Of a DNA stretch of 25,624 nt, positions 17,816 through 25,624 are shown in pieces. The first letter of the stretch is position 1, and each line of letters starts with the position of its first letter. Source of the stretch: an uncultured bacterium (lineage in GTDB: Bacteria; Lernaellota; Lernaellaia; Lernaellales; Lernaellaceae); contig CAZHPN010000076.1 of the NCBI GenBank assembly GCA_964534375.1, forward strand, positions 1 to 25,624. Direction: 5' to 3'. The translations under genes were made by a program, and so were the position numbers. A model generated the notes under the pieces. It was not told where the DNA came from. It saw only the letters and a program-made list of their open reading frames with translations, and ran no database searches.

Positions 17816-20011
17816 ATGACAAACTCATCGGGAAAAAAGCGAAATTCGGGGCTCGGAGGAAGGCGCGAAACCATCGAGACCCTGCGCCAGAGCGAGCGGA
17901 AATATCGCGAGCTGGTCGAACACGCCAACAGCATCATTCTTCATTGGACCCGCGATGGCCGGATCACGTTTCTGAACGAGTTCGGCCAGCGGTTCTTTGG
18001 TTACTCCGAAGCGGAAATTCTCGGACGGCACGTGATCGGGACGATTGTCCCGGAAACGGAGAGCACGGGCCGGGATCTGCGCCCCTTGATGGATCAGGTT
18101 TGCGCGGACCCAGTCGCATTCGAGCGGAATGTAAATGAGAACGTGCGCCGCAACGGCGAGCGGGTTTGGATTGCCTGGACCAACAAAGTTTACTTCGACG
18201 ACCAAGGCCAGGTTGAGGGAATCCTGAGCATTGGCACAGACATTACGGAGCAAAAACGGGCGGCAAGCGAGTTGCAGCGCGTCAACCGGGCCATGCAGAC
18301 GTTGAGCCTATGCAACCAGGCCTTGGTTCGCGCGCCTGACGAAACCAGCCTCCTCGACGAGATCTGCCGTATTCTTGTCGAACAAGGCGGCTTTTGCAGG
18401 GCCTGGATTGGTTTCGTGGAACAGGATGACGGCAAGTCGGTGCGCCCGGTAGCCGCAGCCGGCTTCGAGCCCGGCTTCCTCGGAGCCGCCAACGTCTCTT
18501 GGTCCGCCGCCGCGCGCGGACGCGACCCCGCCGGGGCAGCCATTGGCGCCGAGCAATTTGTAATAGCTCGGAACATCCCTGGCGATCCCGCGTTTGACAT
18601 GTGGCGCGAATCCCTTGGGCAACGCGACTGCGGGTCGGCGATGGCCTTGCCGCTGACGCGCGGCGGTCGCGCTTTTGGCGCTTTGACAGTGTACGCCGCA
18701 GGATCTGACGCCTTTGACGCCGACGAGGCGAAGTTGCTGTCGGAATTGGCCGATGATCTGGCCTACGGCATCGCGGCCCTGCGCACGCGCGTCGAGCACG
18801 CGCAGGCCGAGGAGGCGCTCCGCGGGAGCCAACGCCAGCTTTCGTTGATCCTGAACAATGCGTCCGACGTCATCTTCGCCGTCGGCGTGGAACCCAACGA
18901 TGGATTCCGATTCGCCTGGGTGAATCGCCGCTTTCTGGAAGCGACGGGACTATTGGAGAGCCAGATCGTCGGCGCCCGTGTCCGGGACGTCATTCCGGAA
19001 CCGGCGCGAACTCTGGTGCTGGCAAAATACCGTGATGCCATCCGAAGCGGACTGCCTGGTCGTTGGGAAGAAGTGTCCGAGTATCCCGCGGGGAGAAAGA
19101 TCGGCCATGTTACCGTCGTCCCGGTGTTCGATGCCCACGGGATCTGTACGCAAATGGTCGGGATGGTTCACGACATAACGGAACGCAAGCAGGCGGAGGA
19201 CCAAGTCCAAAGCCTCAATGAGGAATTGCGGCGGCACGCGGAGGTTCTGGAGCAGCGCGTGGCAGAGCGCACCGCTGAGTTGGTCGTCGCGAAGGACCGG
19301 GCCGAATCCGCCGACCGGGTGAAGTCCGCCTTTTTGGCGTCCATGTCCCACGAATTGCGCACGCCGCTGAACTCGATTATCGGCTTTACCGGCATTACCC
19401 TCCAGGAATTGGCGGGACCGTTGACCGACGAGCAGCGCAAACAACTGGGCATGGTTCAGGACAGCGCGCGGCATCTGCTGAATCTGATCAACGACGTCCT
19501 GGACATTTCAAAAATCGAGGCCGGACAGTTGGCGCTTTCCATCTCGACCTTCGAACTGCGGCCGGCCATTGAAAAAACGGCCGGGCTGATTTTGCCGATG
19601 GCCCAAAAGAAGGGAATCGCGTTGATTCTCGAAATTGCGGACGAGGTCGGAACCGCGACGAGCGATCAAAGGCGCTTGGAACAGGTCATCCTCAACTTGC
19701 TCAACAACGCCGTAAAATTCACCGAGCGCGGCCACGTCCGCCTTGCTTGCCGGACTGAAAACGGGGGCCATCTGGTGACGGTTTCGGATACCGGCATCGG
19801 CATCCCGCCGGAAGAATTCGCCAATATCTTTGAACCTTTCCGTCAAGTCGACACCGGCCTTGCCCGCAAGCACGAGGGCACCGGCCTTGGACTTTCCATC
19901 TGCAAGAAGCTCCTGGATTTGATGGGCGGAACCATCAGCGTGGAAAGCCAACTCGGGCGCGGCAGCTCTTTTTCGGTGCTATTTCCCAAAAAGGCGGGGG
20001 ATGCTCGATGA
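17816..20011 (+). CDS. Cytoplasmic PAS-GAF-PAS sensor histidine kinase (HisKA)
   Basis: [15 protein letters not shown]-box, NLLNNAVKFT, DTGIGI, GTGLGL; PAS/PAC ends GTDITEQK and HDITERK. Start codon uncertain. Confidence 0.92.
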   Translation: MTNSSGKKRNSGLGGRRETIETLRQSERKYRELVEHANSIILHWTRDGRITFLNEFGQRFFGYSEAEILGRHVIGTIVPETESTGRDLRPLMDQVCADPVAFERNVNENVRRNGERVWIAWTNKVYFDDQGQVEGILSIGTDITEQKRAASELQRVNRAMQTLSLCNQALVRAPDETSLLDEICRILVEQGGFCRAWIGFVEQDDGKSVRPVAAAGFEPGFLGAANVSWSAAARGRDPAGAAIGAEQFVIARNIPGDPAFDMWRESLGQRDCGSAMALPLTRGGRAFGALTVYAAGSDAFDADEAKLLSELADDLAYGIAALRTRVEHAQAEEALRGSQRQLSLILNNASDVIFAVGVEPNDGFRFAWVNRRFLEATGLLESQIVGARVRDVIPEPARTLVLAKYRDAIRSGLPGRWEEVSEYPAGRKIGHVTVVPVFDAHGICTQMVGMVHDITERKQAEDQVQSLNEELRRHAEVLEQRVAERTAELVVAKDRAESADRVKSAFLASMSHELRTPLNSIIGFTGITLQELAGPLTDEQRKQLGMVQDSARHLLNLINDVLDISKIEAGQLALSISTFELRPAIEKTAGLILPMAQKKGIALILEIADEVGTATSDQRRLEQVILNLLNNAVKFTERGHVRLACRTENGGHLVTVSDTGIGIPPEEFANIFEPFRQVDTGLARKHEGTGLGLSICKKLLDLMGGTISVESQLGRGSSFSVLFPKKAGDAR

Positions 20012-20403
20012 ATGAAGCGCTTTTGATTATCGAAGATAACGAGCAAAATGCTTATATGATGCGCTTTTTGCTGGAGAAGAATGGTTTCCGCGTCATGGTC
20101 GCGGGCAACGGCAAAGAGGGCGTCGAAAAAGCGTTGCAATACAAGCCGCACGCCATTTTGCTGGATATTCAGCTTCCGGAAATGGATGGATATGCCGTAG
20201 CCGAGGAACTGAAAAGACATCGCGAACTGGACGGCGTGCCGATCATTGCGGTGACGTCCTACGCGATGGTCGGGGACCGCGAAAAGATCCTGGCGGCCGG
20301 GGCTGACGGGTACATCGAAAAACCTATCAATCCGGGAACCTTTGTGGCCGAGATCGCTCAATTTTTGCCTAAAGAACGCAGCGATAAAGGCGGAGCGCAA
20401 TGA
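20008..20403 (+). CDS. Single-domain response regulator (DivK/CheY-like)
   Basis: IIEDNEQN..LLDIQLPEMDG..IIAVTSYAM..YIEKPI; ATGA overlaps on both sides. Confidence 0.93.
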   Translation: MNEALLIIEDNEQNAYMMRFLLEKNGFRVMVAGNGKEGVEKALQYKPHAILLDIQLPEMDGYAVAEELKRHRELDGVPIIAVTSYAMVGDREKILAAGADGYIEKPINPGTFVAEIAQFLPKERSDKGGAQ

Positions 20404-21518
20404 ATATTCTCGTCGTTGACGACCGGGACGACAACCGGTACATGCTTGAGGTTCTGCTCAAGGGCCACGGATATGAAGTTCAGTCGGCCGCCAACGGCGC
20501 CGAAGCCCTGGAGCGGCTGAAATCCGGCGGCGTCGACTTGATCATCAGCGATATTCTGATGCCCGTGATGGACGGCTTTCAGTTGTGTCGAAAAGTCAGG
20601 GCCGATGAGAAGCTAAGACGTGTTCCGTTCATTATTTATACCGCCACCTACACGGGTCCCCAGGATGAGGAGTTTGCGCTCAAGATCGGCGCTAACCGTT
20701 TCCTTACGAAGCCCTGCGAGCCGGATGTTTTGATGAGAGCCATCCGCGAGGTGATGTCGGCCGCGAAACAAGGCAGCGTTGTCTCCACTGAGGCGCCGCC
20801 GAGGGAAGAGGAAATTCTCAAGCTGCACAACGAACGGCTGGTTCGCAAGCTCGAACAGAAGATGATGCAGGCCGAACAGGAACTTCTGGCCCGGCGCGCG
20901 GCGGAAGAGGCGCTGCGGGAGCGAACGGCCGAATTGAAGGAAGCGTTGATCGGCAGCATTTCCGCCATGTCCAGAATCGTCGAGCAACGCGATCCCTACA
21001 CGGCCGGCCATCAACTCCGCGTCGCCGAACTCGCCAGGGCGATCGCGCAGAATCTCGGCCTTCCGGAAGAGACGGTGGAAGGCATTTACCAGGCGGGCGT
21101 GATTCACGACATCGGGAAAATTTACATTCCGGCGGAAATTCTTGCCAAACCAGGCAAGCTATGCGAGCAGGAATACGCGCTGATCCGGCAACACCCCCAG
21201 ATTGGCTACGAAATCCTGCAACCCATCCGGTTCCCTTGGCCGATCGCGGACATTGCGCTGCAACATCATGAACGGTTGGATGGCTCGGGCTATCCCAATA
21301 TGCTGGGCGGCGACGCCATCTTGGCGGAGGCGAGAATCCTTGCCGTCGCCGATGTTGTGGAAGCGATGTCATCGCATCGGCCGTACCGCCCGACGCTGGG
21401 GATCCATGCCGCGCTGGAAGAAATCAGGGCAAACAAGGGCCGCCTGTACGATGCCGACGCGGCGGAAGCCTGCCTGCGTCTTTTCGAATCGAAACGATTT
21501 CGATTCGCCGGCGAATAA
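20400..21518 (+). CDS. Response regulator with HD-GYP cyclic-dinucleotide phosphodiesterase domain
   Basis: Receiver ([10 protein letters not shown]), then [28 protein letters not shown] and HRPYR. Confidence 0.93.
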   Translation: MNILVVDDRDDNRYMLEVLLKGHGYEVQSAANGAEALERLKSGGVDLIISDILMPVMDGFQLCRKVRADEKLRRVPFIIYTATYTGPQDEEFALKIGANRFLTKPCEPDVLMRAIREVMSAAKQGSVVSTEAPPREEEILKLHNERLVRKLEQKMMQAEQELLARRAAEEALRERTAELKEALIGSISAMSRIVEQRDPYTAGHQLRVAELARAIAQNLGLPEETVEGIYQAGVIHDIGKIYIPAEILAKPGKLCEQEYALIRQHPQIGYEILQPIRFPWPIADIALQHHERLDGSGYPNMLGGDAILAEARILAVADVVEAMSSHRPYRPTLGIHAALEEIRANKGRLYDADAAEACLRLFESKRFRFAGE

Positions 21519-21592
21519 GCCGGCAGGCTTGCGGCCGGAGGCGTGCGGCACGGTTGAAAAAGAAGGCAGTCCGTTTGCATAAGGACGGGCGC

Positions 21593-23293
21593 ATGAAGAT
21601 TCTCATCGTCGATGACCGGGATGACAACCGGTACATGCTTGAGGTGCTGCTCAAGGGCCACGGACATGAGGTTCAGTCGGTCGCCAACGGCGCCGAAGCC
21701 CTGGAGCGGCTGAAATCCGGCGGCGTCGCGTTGATTATCAGCGATATTCTGATGCCGGTGATGGACGGCTTTCAGTTGTGCCGAAGAGTCAAGACCGATC
21801 CGAATCTCAGCCGTATTCCGTTTGTCATTTACACGGCCACCTACACGGGTCCGCAGGATGAGGAGTTCGCGATCAAAATCGGCGCGAACCGATTTATTAC
21901 GAAGCCGTGCGAGCCGGAGGTTTTCTTGGCAGCGATTCGCGAGGTGATCGCGGCCGGCGAAAAAGCCGACGCCGCCGCGCCGGCATCGCCGCCGAAAGAA
22001 GAGGAAATCCTGAAGCTGTACAACGAACGGCTGGTTCGCAAACTCGAACGGAAAATGCTGCAAGTGGAAGAGGAGTTGTCGGCGCGACGGACCGCCGAGG
22101 AGGCATTGCGGAAAAGCGAGGAGGGGCTGCGCAACCTCAATGTCACGCTTGAGCAACGCGTCCGGGAGCGCACGACCGAACTGGAACGGCGAGCGACACA
22201 GTTGCGGGCGTTGGCGGCGCAACTGGCGCATGCCGAGGATCAGGAACGGAAGAGAACGGCCCATCTGTTGCACGATCATTTCCAACAGGTGCTCGTGGCG
22301 GCAAAACTCCACGCGTCGTCGTTGCGTCAGCGGGCGGCCGAACCGGAACTGCGGGCGGAAGTCGACCGCGTCCTGGATCTGCTGGGACAATCGATCGAAG
22401 CCAGCCGGACGCTTTCCGCGGAGCTCTCGCCGCCGGTGCTTCATGACTCCGGCCTCTCCGCTGGTTTGATGTGGCTCGCGCGGTGGATGCTGGACAAATA
22501 CGCGCTGAACGTCGACGTGACGGCGCAGGAACCGACCGAGCCGCTGCCCGAGGATTTGTGCTTGATGGCGTTCCAGGCCGTGCGGGAACTTCTATTCAAT
22601 GTCGTGAAGCACGCTGGCGTCAACCGCGCAAAGGTGACGATGACCGTCGATCATGGCCGCAACTTGTGCATCGTCGTGGCCGACCACGGCAAGGGCTTCG
22701 ATCCTGCACGGCAAGTCGCGGCGGCCAACGCCGGCGGCTTCGGGCTGTTCAACATCCGCGAACGGCTCGATTTTCTCGATGGCCGGTTGCTGATCGAGAG
22801 CGCTCCGGGCCAGGGCGCGAGTTTCACCTTGACGGCGCCCATCACGCCGGCGCTCCGATCTCGGCCGGCGACATCGGACACGCCTGTGGCAGAGGCGCCG
22901 ACGCCGTCGGCGTCGGCAATCGGCGCCATTCGGGTCCTCGTCGTGGACGACCACACGGTGGTTCGCAGGGGCCTGGTGGAGATTCTCCAAAAAGAATCGG
23001 GGATTGCGGTCGCCGGGGAGGCGGGAGACGGCCAACAGGCGCTCGACCAGGCGCGGCTGTTGAAGCCGGATGTCGTGCTGATGGACATCACGATGCCCCG
23101 GATGAACGGAATCGACGCCACGCGCCGGCTCATCTCCGAGATTCCCGGAGCTCGCGTCATCGGCTTGTCGATGCACGCGCAGGCCGATATGGCGGCGCAG
23201 ATGCGGGCGGCCGGCGCCGTGGATTATCTGGTCAAAGACGGCCCCATCGACGATCTCGTCGCGGCGGTCCGAAGGGCGGCCGAGCGCCCGTGA
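21593..23293 (+). CDS. Hybrid kinase REC-HisKA_3-HATPase-REC
   Basis: [45 protein letters not shown]-terminal NarL-type receiver without HTH. Confidence 0.92.
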   Translation: MKILIVDDRDDNRYMLEVLLKGHGHEVQSVANGAEALERLKSGGVALIISDILMPVMDGFQLCRRVKTDPNLSRIPFVIYTATYTGPQDEEFAIKIGANRFITKPCEPEVFLAAIREVIAAGEKADAAAPASPPKEEEILKLYNERLVRKLERKMLQVEEELSARRTAEEALRKSEEGLRNLNVTLEQRVRERTTELERRATQLRALAAQLAHAEDQERKRTAHLLHDHFQQVLVAAKLHASSLRQRAAEPELRAEVDRVLDLLGQSIEASRTLSAELSPPVLHDSGLSAGLMWLARWMLDKYALNVDVTAQEPTEPLPEDLCLMAFQAVRELLFNVVKHAGVNRAKVTMTVDHGRNLCIVVADHGKGFDPARQVAAANAGGFGLFNIRERLDFLDGRLLIESAPGQGASFTLTAPITPALRSRPATSDTPVAEAPTPSASAIGAIRVLVVDDHTVVRRGLVEILQKESGIAVAGEAGDGQQALDQARLLKPDVVLMDITMPRMNGIDATRRLISEIPGARVIGLSMHAQADMAAQMRAAGAVDYLVKDGPIDDLVAAVRRAAERP

Positions 23294-23297
23294 CGCT

Positions 23298-23407
23298 GCG
23301 GCCGGCCGGGGCCGACGGCGGCACCGAAAAGCGCATCGATCCGGGAACCTTTGTCTCGCGGATCGCCCACGATTCGCCGAAAGAGCGCGAGGGAAAGGAC
23401 CGCGAAC
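23298..23407 (+). pseudogene. Decayed 3' fragment of the single-domain regulator at 20008-20403
   Basis: Translates as [29 protein letters not shown] versus AGADGYIEKPINPGTFVAEIAQFLPKERS; shared DNA atccgggaacctttgt. Confidence 0.7.
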
Positions 23408-24584
23408 ATGAACATCCTCATTGTTGACGACCGGGCTGACAACCGTTATTTGCTTGAGGCATTGCTCAAAGGTCACGGCCACGGGGTTCAGTCGGTCGCC
23501 AACGGCGCCGAAGCGCTGGAGCGGCTGAAATCCGGCGGCGTCGACTTGATTATCAGCGATATTCTGATGCCGGTCATGGACGGCTTTCAGTTGTGTCGAA
23601 GAATCAAGGCCGACGAGAAGCTGCGACATATTCCGTTCATTATTTACACCGCCACCTACACGGGTCCCCAGGATAATGCTGCAAGTGGAAGAGGAGTTGT
23701 CGGCGCGACGGACGGCCGAGGAAGAACTACGCCGCCACCGCGAACATCTCGAAGAATTGGTGGCGGCGCGCACCGCCGAACTGGCCGAACGGAACGCCGC
23801 ATTGCTGGAAAGCGAAGCCCACGCCCGCGCCGCGGAGCGCGAAGCGTCCGTCGCCAACCAAGCCAAGAGCGAATTTCTCGCCGCGATGAGTCATGAGTTG
23901 CGCACACCTCTCGAGGGGATCATGGGATTTGCCGAAATTCTCGCCGGCGGATTGGCCGGCGAGTTGACCGGCCAACAGCGTCAATACGCGCAAAACATCG
24001 TGACGAGCGGCCAACATCTGTTGCGACTTATTAACGATATCTTGGACCTGGCGAAAGTCGAAGCCGGGAAGATGGAGTTGGAGCAGTCGCCCGTCGTCAT
24101 CGACGAACTGTTGTCGTTCAGTTTTGCCTTGTTTCGCGAACGGGCGCTCGCCAAGCATTTGACGTTGTCGCAGACGCTGTCGCCGGATTTGCGCGGCCAA
24201 CGATTCTGGGCCGACGAACGCAAGGTTCGGCAGATCCTCTGGAACCTGTTGTCAAACGCGATCAAGTTCACACCCGACGGCGGTTCCATCGAAATGCGGG
24301 CTTCCAAGGTCAGGGACCAGTTCGTCTTCGCCGTTGCCGACACGGGCGTCGGCATCAACCGGGAGAATCAAGGACGCATTTTCGACGCCTTTGAACAAGT
24401 GCGGACGGAAGGACAACGAGGGCCGGCTGGGACCGGGCTCGGTCTGGCGCTCTCCCGGCAGTTCGCCGAATTGCACGGCGGTTCGATTTGGGTCGAGAGC
24501 CCCGGTGAAGGGTTCGGCAGCACGTTCTACTTTTCAATTCCGGCGACAATGGAACAGCCTGCGGGAGCGCGGCCCCGTGCCTAG
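23408..24584 (+). pseudogene. REC-HisKA-HATPase kinase disrupted by a ~194-bp frameshifting deletion at 23674/23675 (kinase ORF 23676-24584 intact)
   Basis: The receiver matches its paralogues up to TYTGPQD, then jumps to aatgctgcaagtggaagaggag, which lies 194 bp later in the paralogue (21860-22053 missing). H-box SHELRTPL and N/G boxes are intact. Confidence 0.8.
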
Positions 24585-24619
24585 TCTAAGAGGCTCACGC
24601 GGAGGATATCGAACCCGCA

Positions 24620-24708
24620 CCTCACACGGAGGCGCCACAGAGACGAACAGAGATTCAATGTCGTCGCGCGGAGACCCTCTGCCAAGCTTTGCGGGGCTCC
24701 GTGGGAGC
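24620..24708. repeat. Imperfect palindromic REP-like element, copy B
   Basis: cctcacacggaggcgccacagagacgaacagag...cctctgc...ctccgtgggagc aligns with the reverse complement of 5653-5731. Confidence 0.6.
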
Positions 24709-24812
24709 GAAGCGATTTGGCTTGCGGCGTCGTCAGCGGGTATGCGCGCCGCCGTCGCGTTCCAGGTCGCCGTCGGCAGCCTGCGTGTCGGTCTCGAACG
24801 GAGCGGCGCCGG

Positions 24813-25316
24813 TTACGCCAGGCGCAAACTCGCGATGAATGCGGGCGCCGTCGCGAACCGGAAGTGCGTCACGGATTTCGAAACCAGCTTGCCGGTTTTG
24901 ACCTCGGTCAGCACGCCGTAACAGGTCGTGTGCGAGACCGGCAAATTCCACGGCTGGATATTGACCTTCTCGCCGACGTACCGGTATTCTTTGCCTTTCG
25001 CTTCGAAGGTGAAGCTGTAGCGCAGGATGTGCTCGCTGAAATATTTCAACTCGAGCGTGCCGTCGAAGGGCACGTTTTCGCACAGACCGTCGATAGTCAC
25101 CGTCCCGTGCAATTCCTGCCACATGAACTTGTCGCCGAACGGGTTCGCCCACTCGCTGATGTGCTTCGGGCCCCAGGTCGAACGAAATTCCATCGGGCGC
25201 GGTTCCGGCGAGCCGAAGCCGGGTTCGAAACGATGCTCGCCGGACATGACCTCGTCCATCACGAAGCCAAAACGTTTCTCTTGCAACATCTGTCGGAAAT
25301 CGCCGAGTCTGCTCAT
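24813..25316 (-). CDS. Hypothetical beta-rich protein (resembles the accessory domain of some GMC/cholesterol-oxidase-like proteins)
   Basis: GGAAGGAG RBS, ATG 25316, typical high-GC codon usage; pattern FVMDEVMSG...GTVTIDGL...GTLEL...LRYSFTF...YVGEK. The family resemblance is tentative. Confidence 0.7.
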   Translation of the reverse strand: MSRLGDFRQMLQEKRFGFVMDEVMSGEHRFEPGFGSPEPRPMEFRSTWGPKHISEWANPFGDKFMWQELHGTVTIDGLCENVPFDGTLELKYFSEHILRYSFTFEAKGKEYRYVGEKVNIQPWNLPVSHTTCYGVLTEVKTGKLVSKSVTHFRFATAPAFIASLRLA

Positions 25317-25401
25317 TTGTTGCTCCTTCCGCGCTCGATATGCGCGTCGTGAAAAAACCAGCGGCTCATCGCTTTCTGTTCATTGACCAGTTTCGGACAG
25401 T

Positions 25402-25430
25402 ATCTTACGGCTAACGGACGGACTCGTCAA
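25402..25430 (-). promoter_or_regulatory. sigma70-type promoter for the 24813-25316 gene
   Basis: TTGACG-17 nt-TAAGAT. Confidence 0.5.
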
Positions 25431-25441
25431 TCCGCCGGAAT

Positions 25442-25624
25442 GAGCCTGTCCCGAATTCAGCTGAAAGTTTCGGAAAGGCGGTTGTTGGTTTCATAGTTAC
25501 GCCACTCGCTCTTTGCCGTCAAGATTCGTTTCCCGCCCCAGTTTGACCTGCAACATCCACAAATCGGCGTGACCCATGATCTTCCGATAGCGTTTCTCGG
25601 TTTCGAGGAAGGCAGCGGCAGCCC
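25442..25624 (-). mobile_element. IS256-family insertion sequence, downstream end (partial)
   Basis: The transposase tail is followed by a terminal-IR-like sequence, GAGCCTGTCCCGAATTCAGCTGAAAGT on the + strand from 25442. The other end is outside the window. Confidence 0.7.
25497..25622 (-). CDS. IS256-family transposase, C-terminal fragment
   Basis: AAAAFLETEKRYRKIMGHADLWMLQVKLGRETNLDGKERVA-TAA, matching the W-x-AAA-x-LE-x-EK-x-FR-x-I-x-G tail of IS256 transposases. Confidence 0.75.
   Translation of the reverse strand, partial: AAAAFLETEKRYRKIMGHADLWMLQVKLGRETNLDGKERVA

Overview
GC-rich bacterial DNA, probably from a deltaproteobacterial or Myxococcota-like lineage (inferred from protein families, not tested). 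1-7.1 kb: surface or secreted proteins, namely two 'GVWGSSxSDVFAVG' propeller-repeat proteins with poly-Asp linkers (the first is a mosaic with a DUF4185-like domain split by a 1-nt frameshift), an internally deleted RAYT-type transposase between 18-bp inverted repeats, a DUF5989 peptide and a protein with six 8-Cys repeats. 7.8-12.6 kb: methyltransferase, MarR, FmdB zinc ribbon, ArsR, MATE transporter and a Cys-rich lipoprotein. 12.9-24.6 kb: a signalling cluster with a degenerate STAS plus pseudo-receiver pair, two large PAS/GAF kinases, a single-domain receiver, and three near-identical receiver modules fused to HD-GYP, HisKA_3 and HisKA outputs, the last broken by a ~194-bp deletion. The window ends in an IS256-type transposase tail. 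Best novel candidate: a minus-strand operon ArsR -> unannotated 71-aa membrane peptide with an in-frame TGA (T-U-MRSA-C) -> FmdB whose TGA reads through to U-N-G-C-stop. Each TGA is followed by a similar SECIS-like hairpin, suggesting two small hidden selenoproteins. Intergenic regions carry several kinds of REP-like palindromes and heptamer arrays. Family assignments come from motif recognition only; no searches were run.
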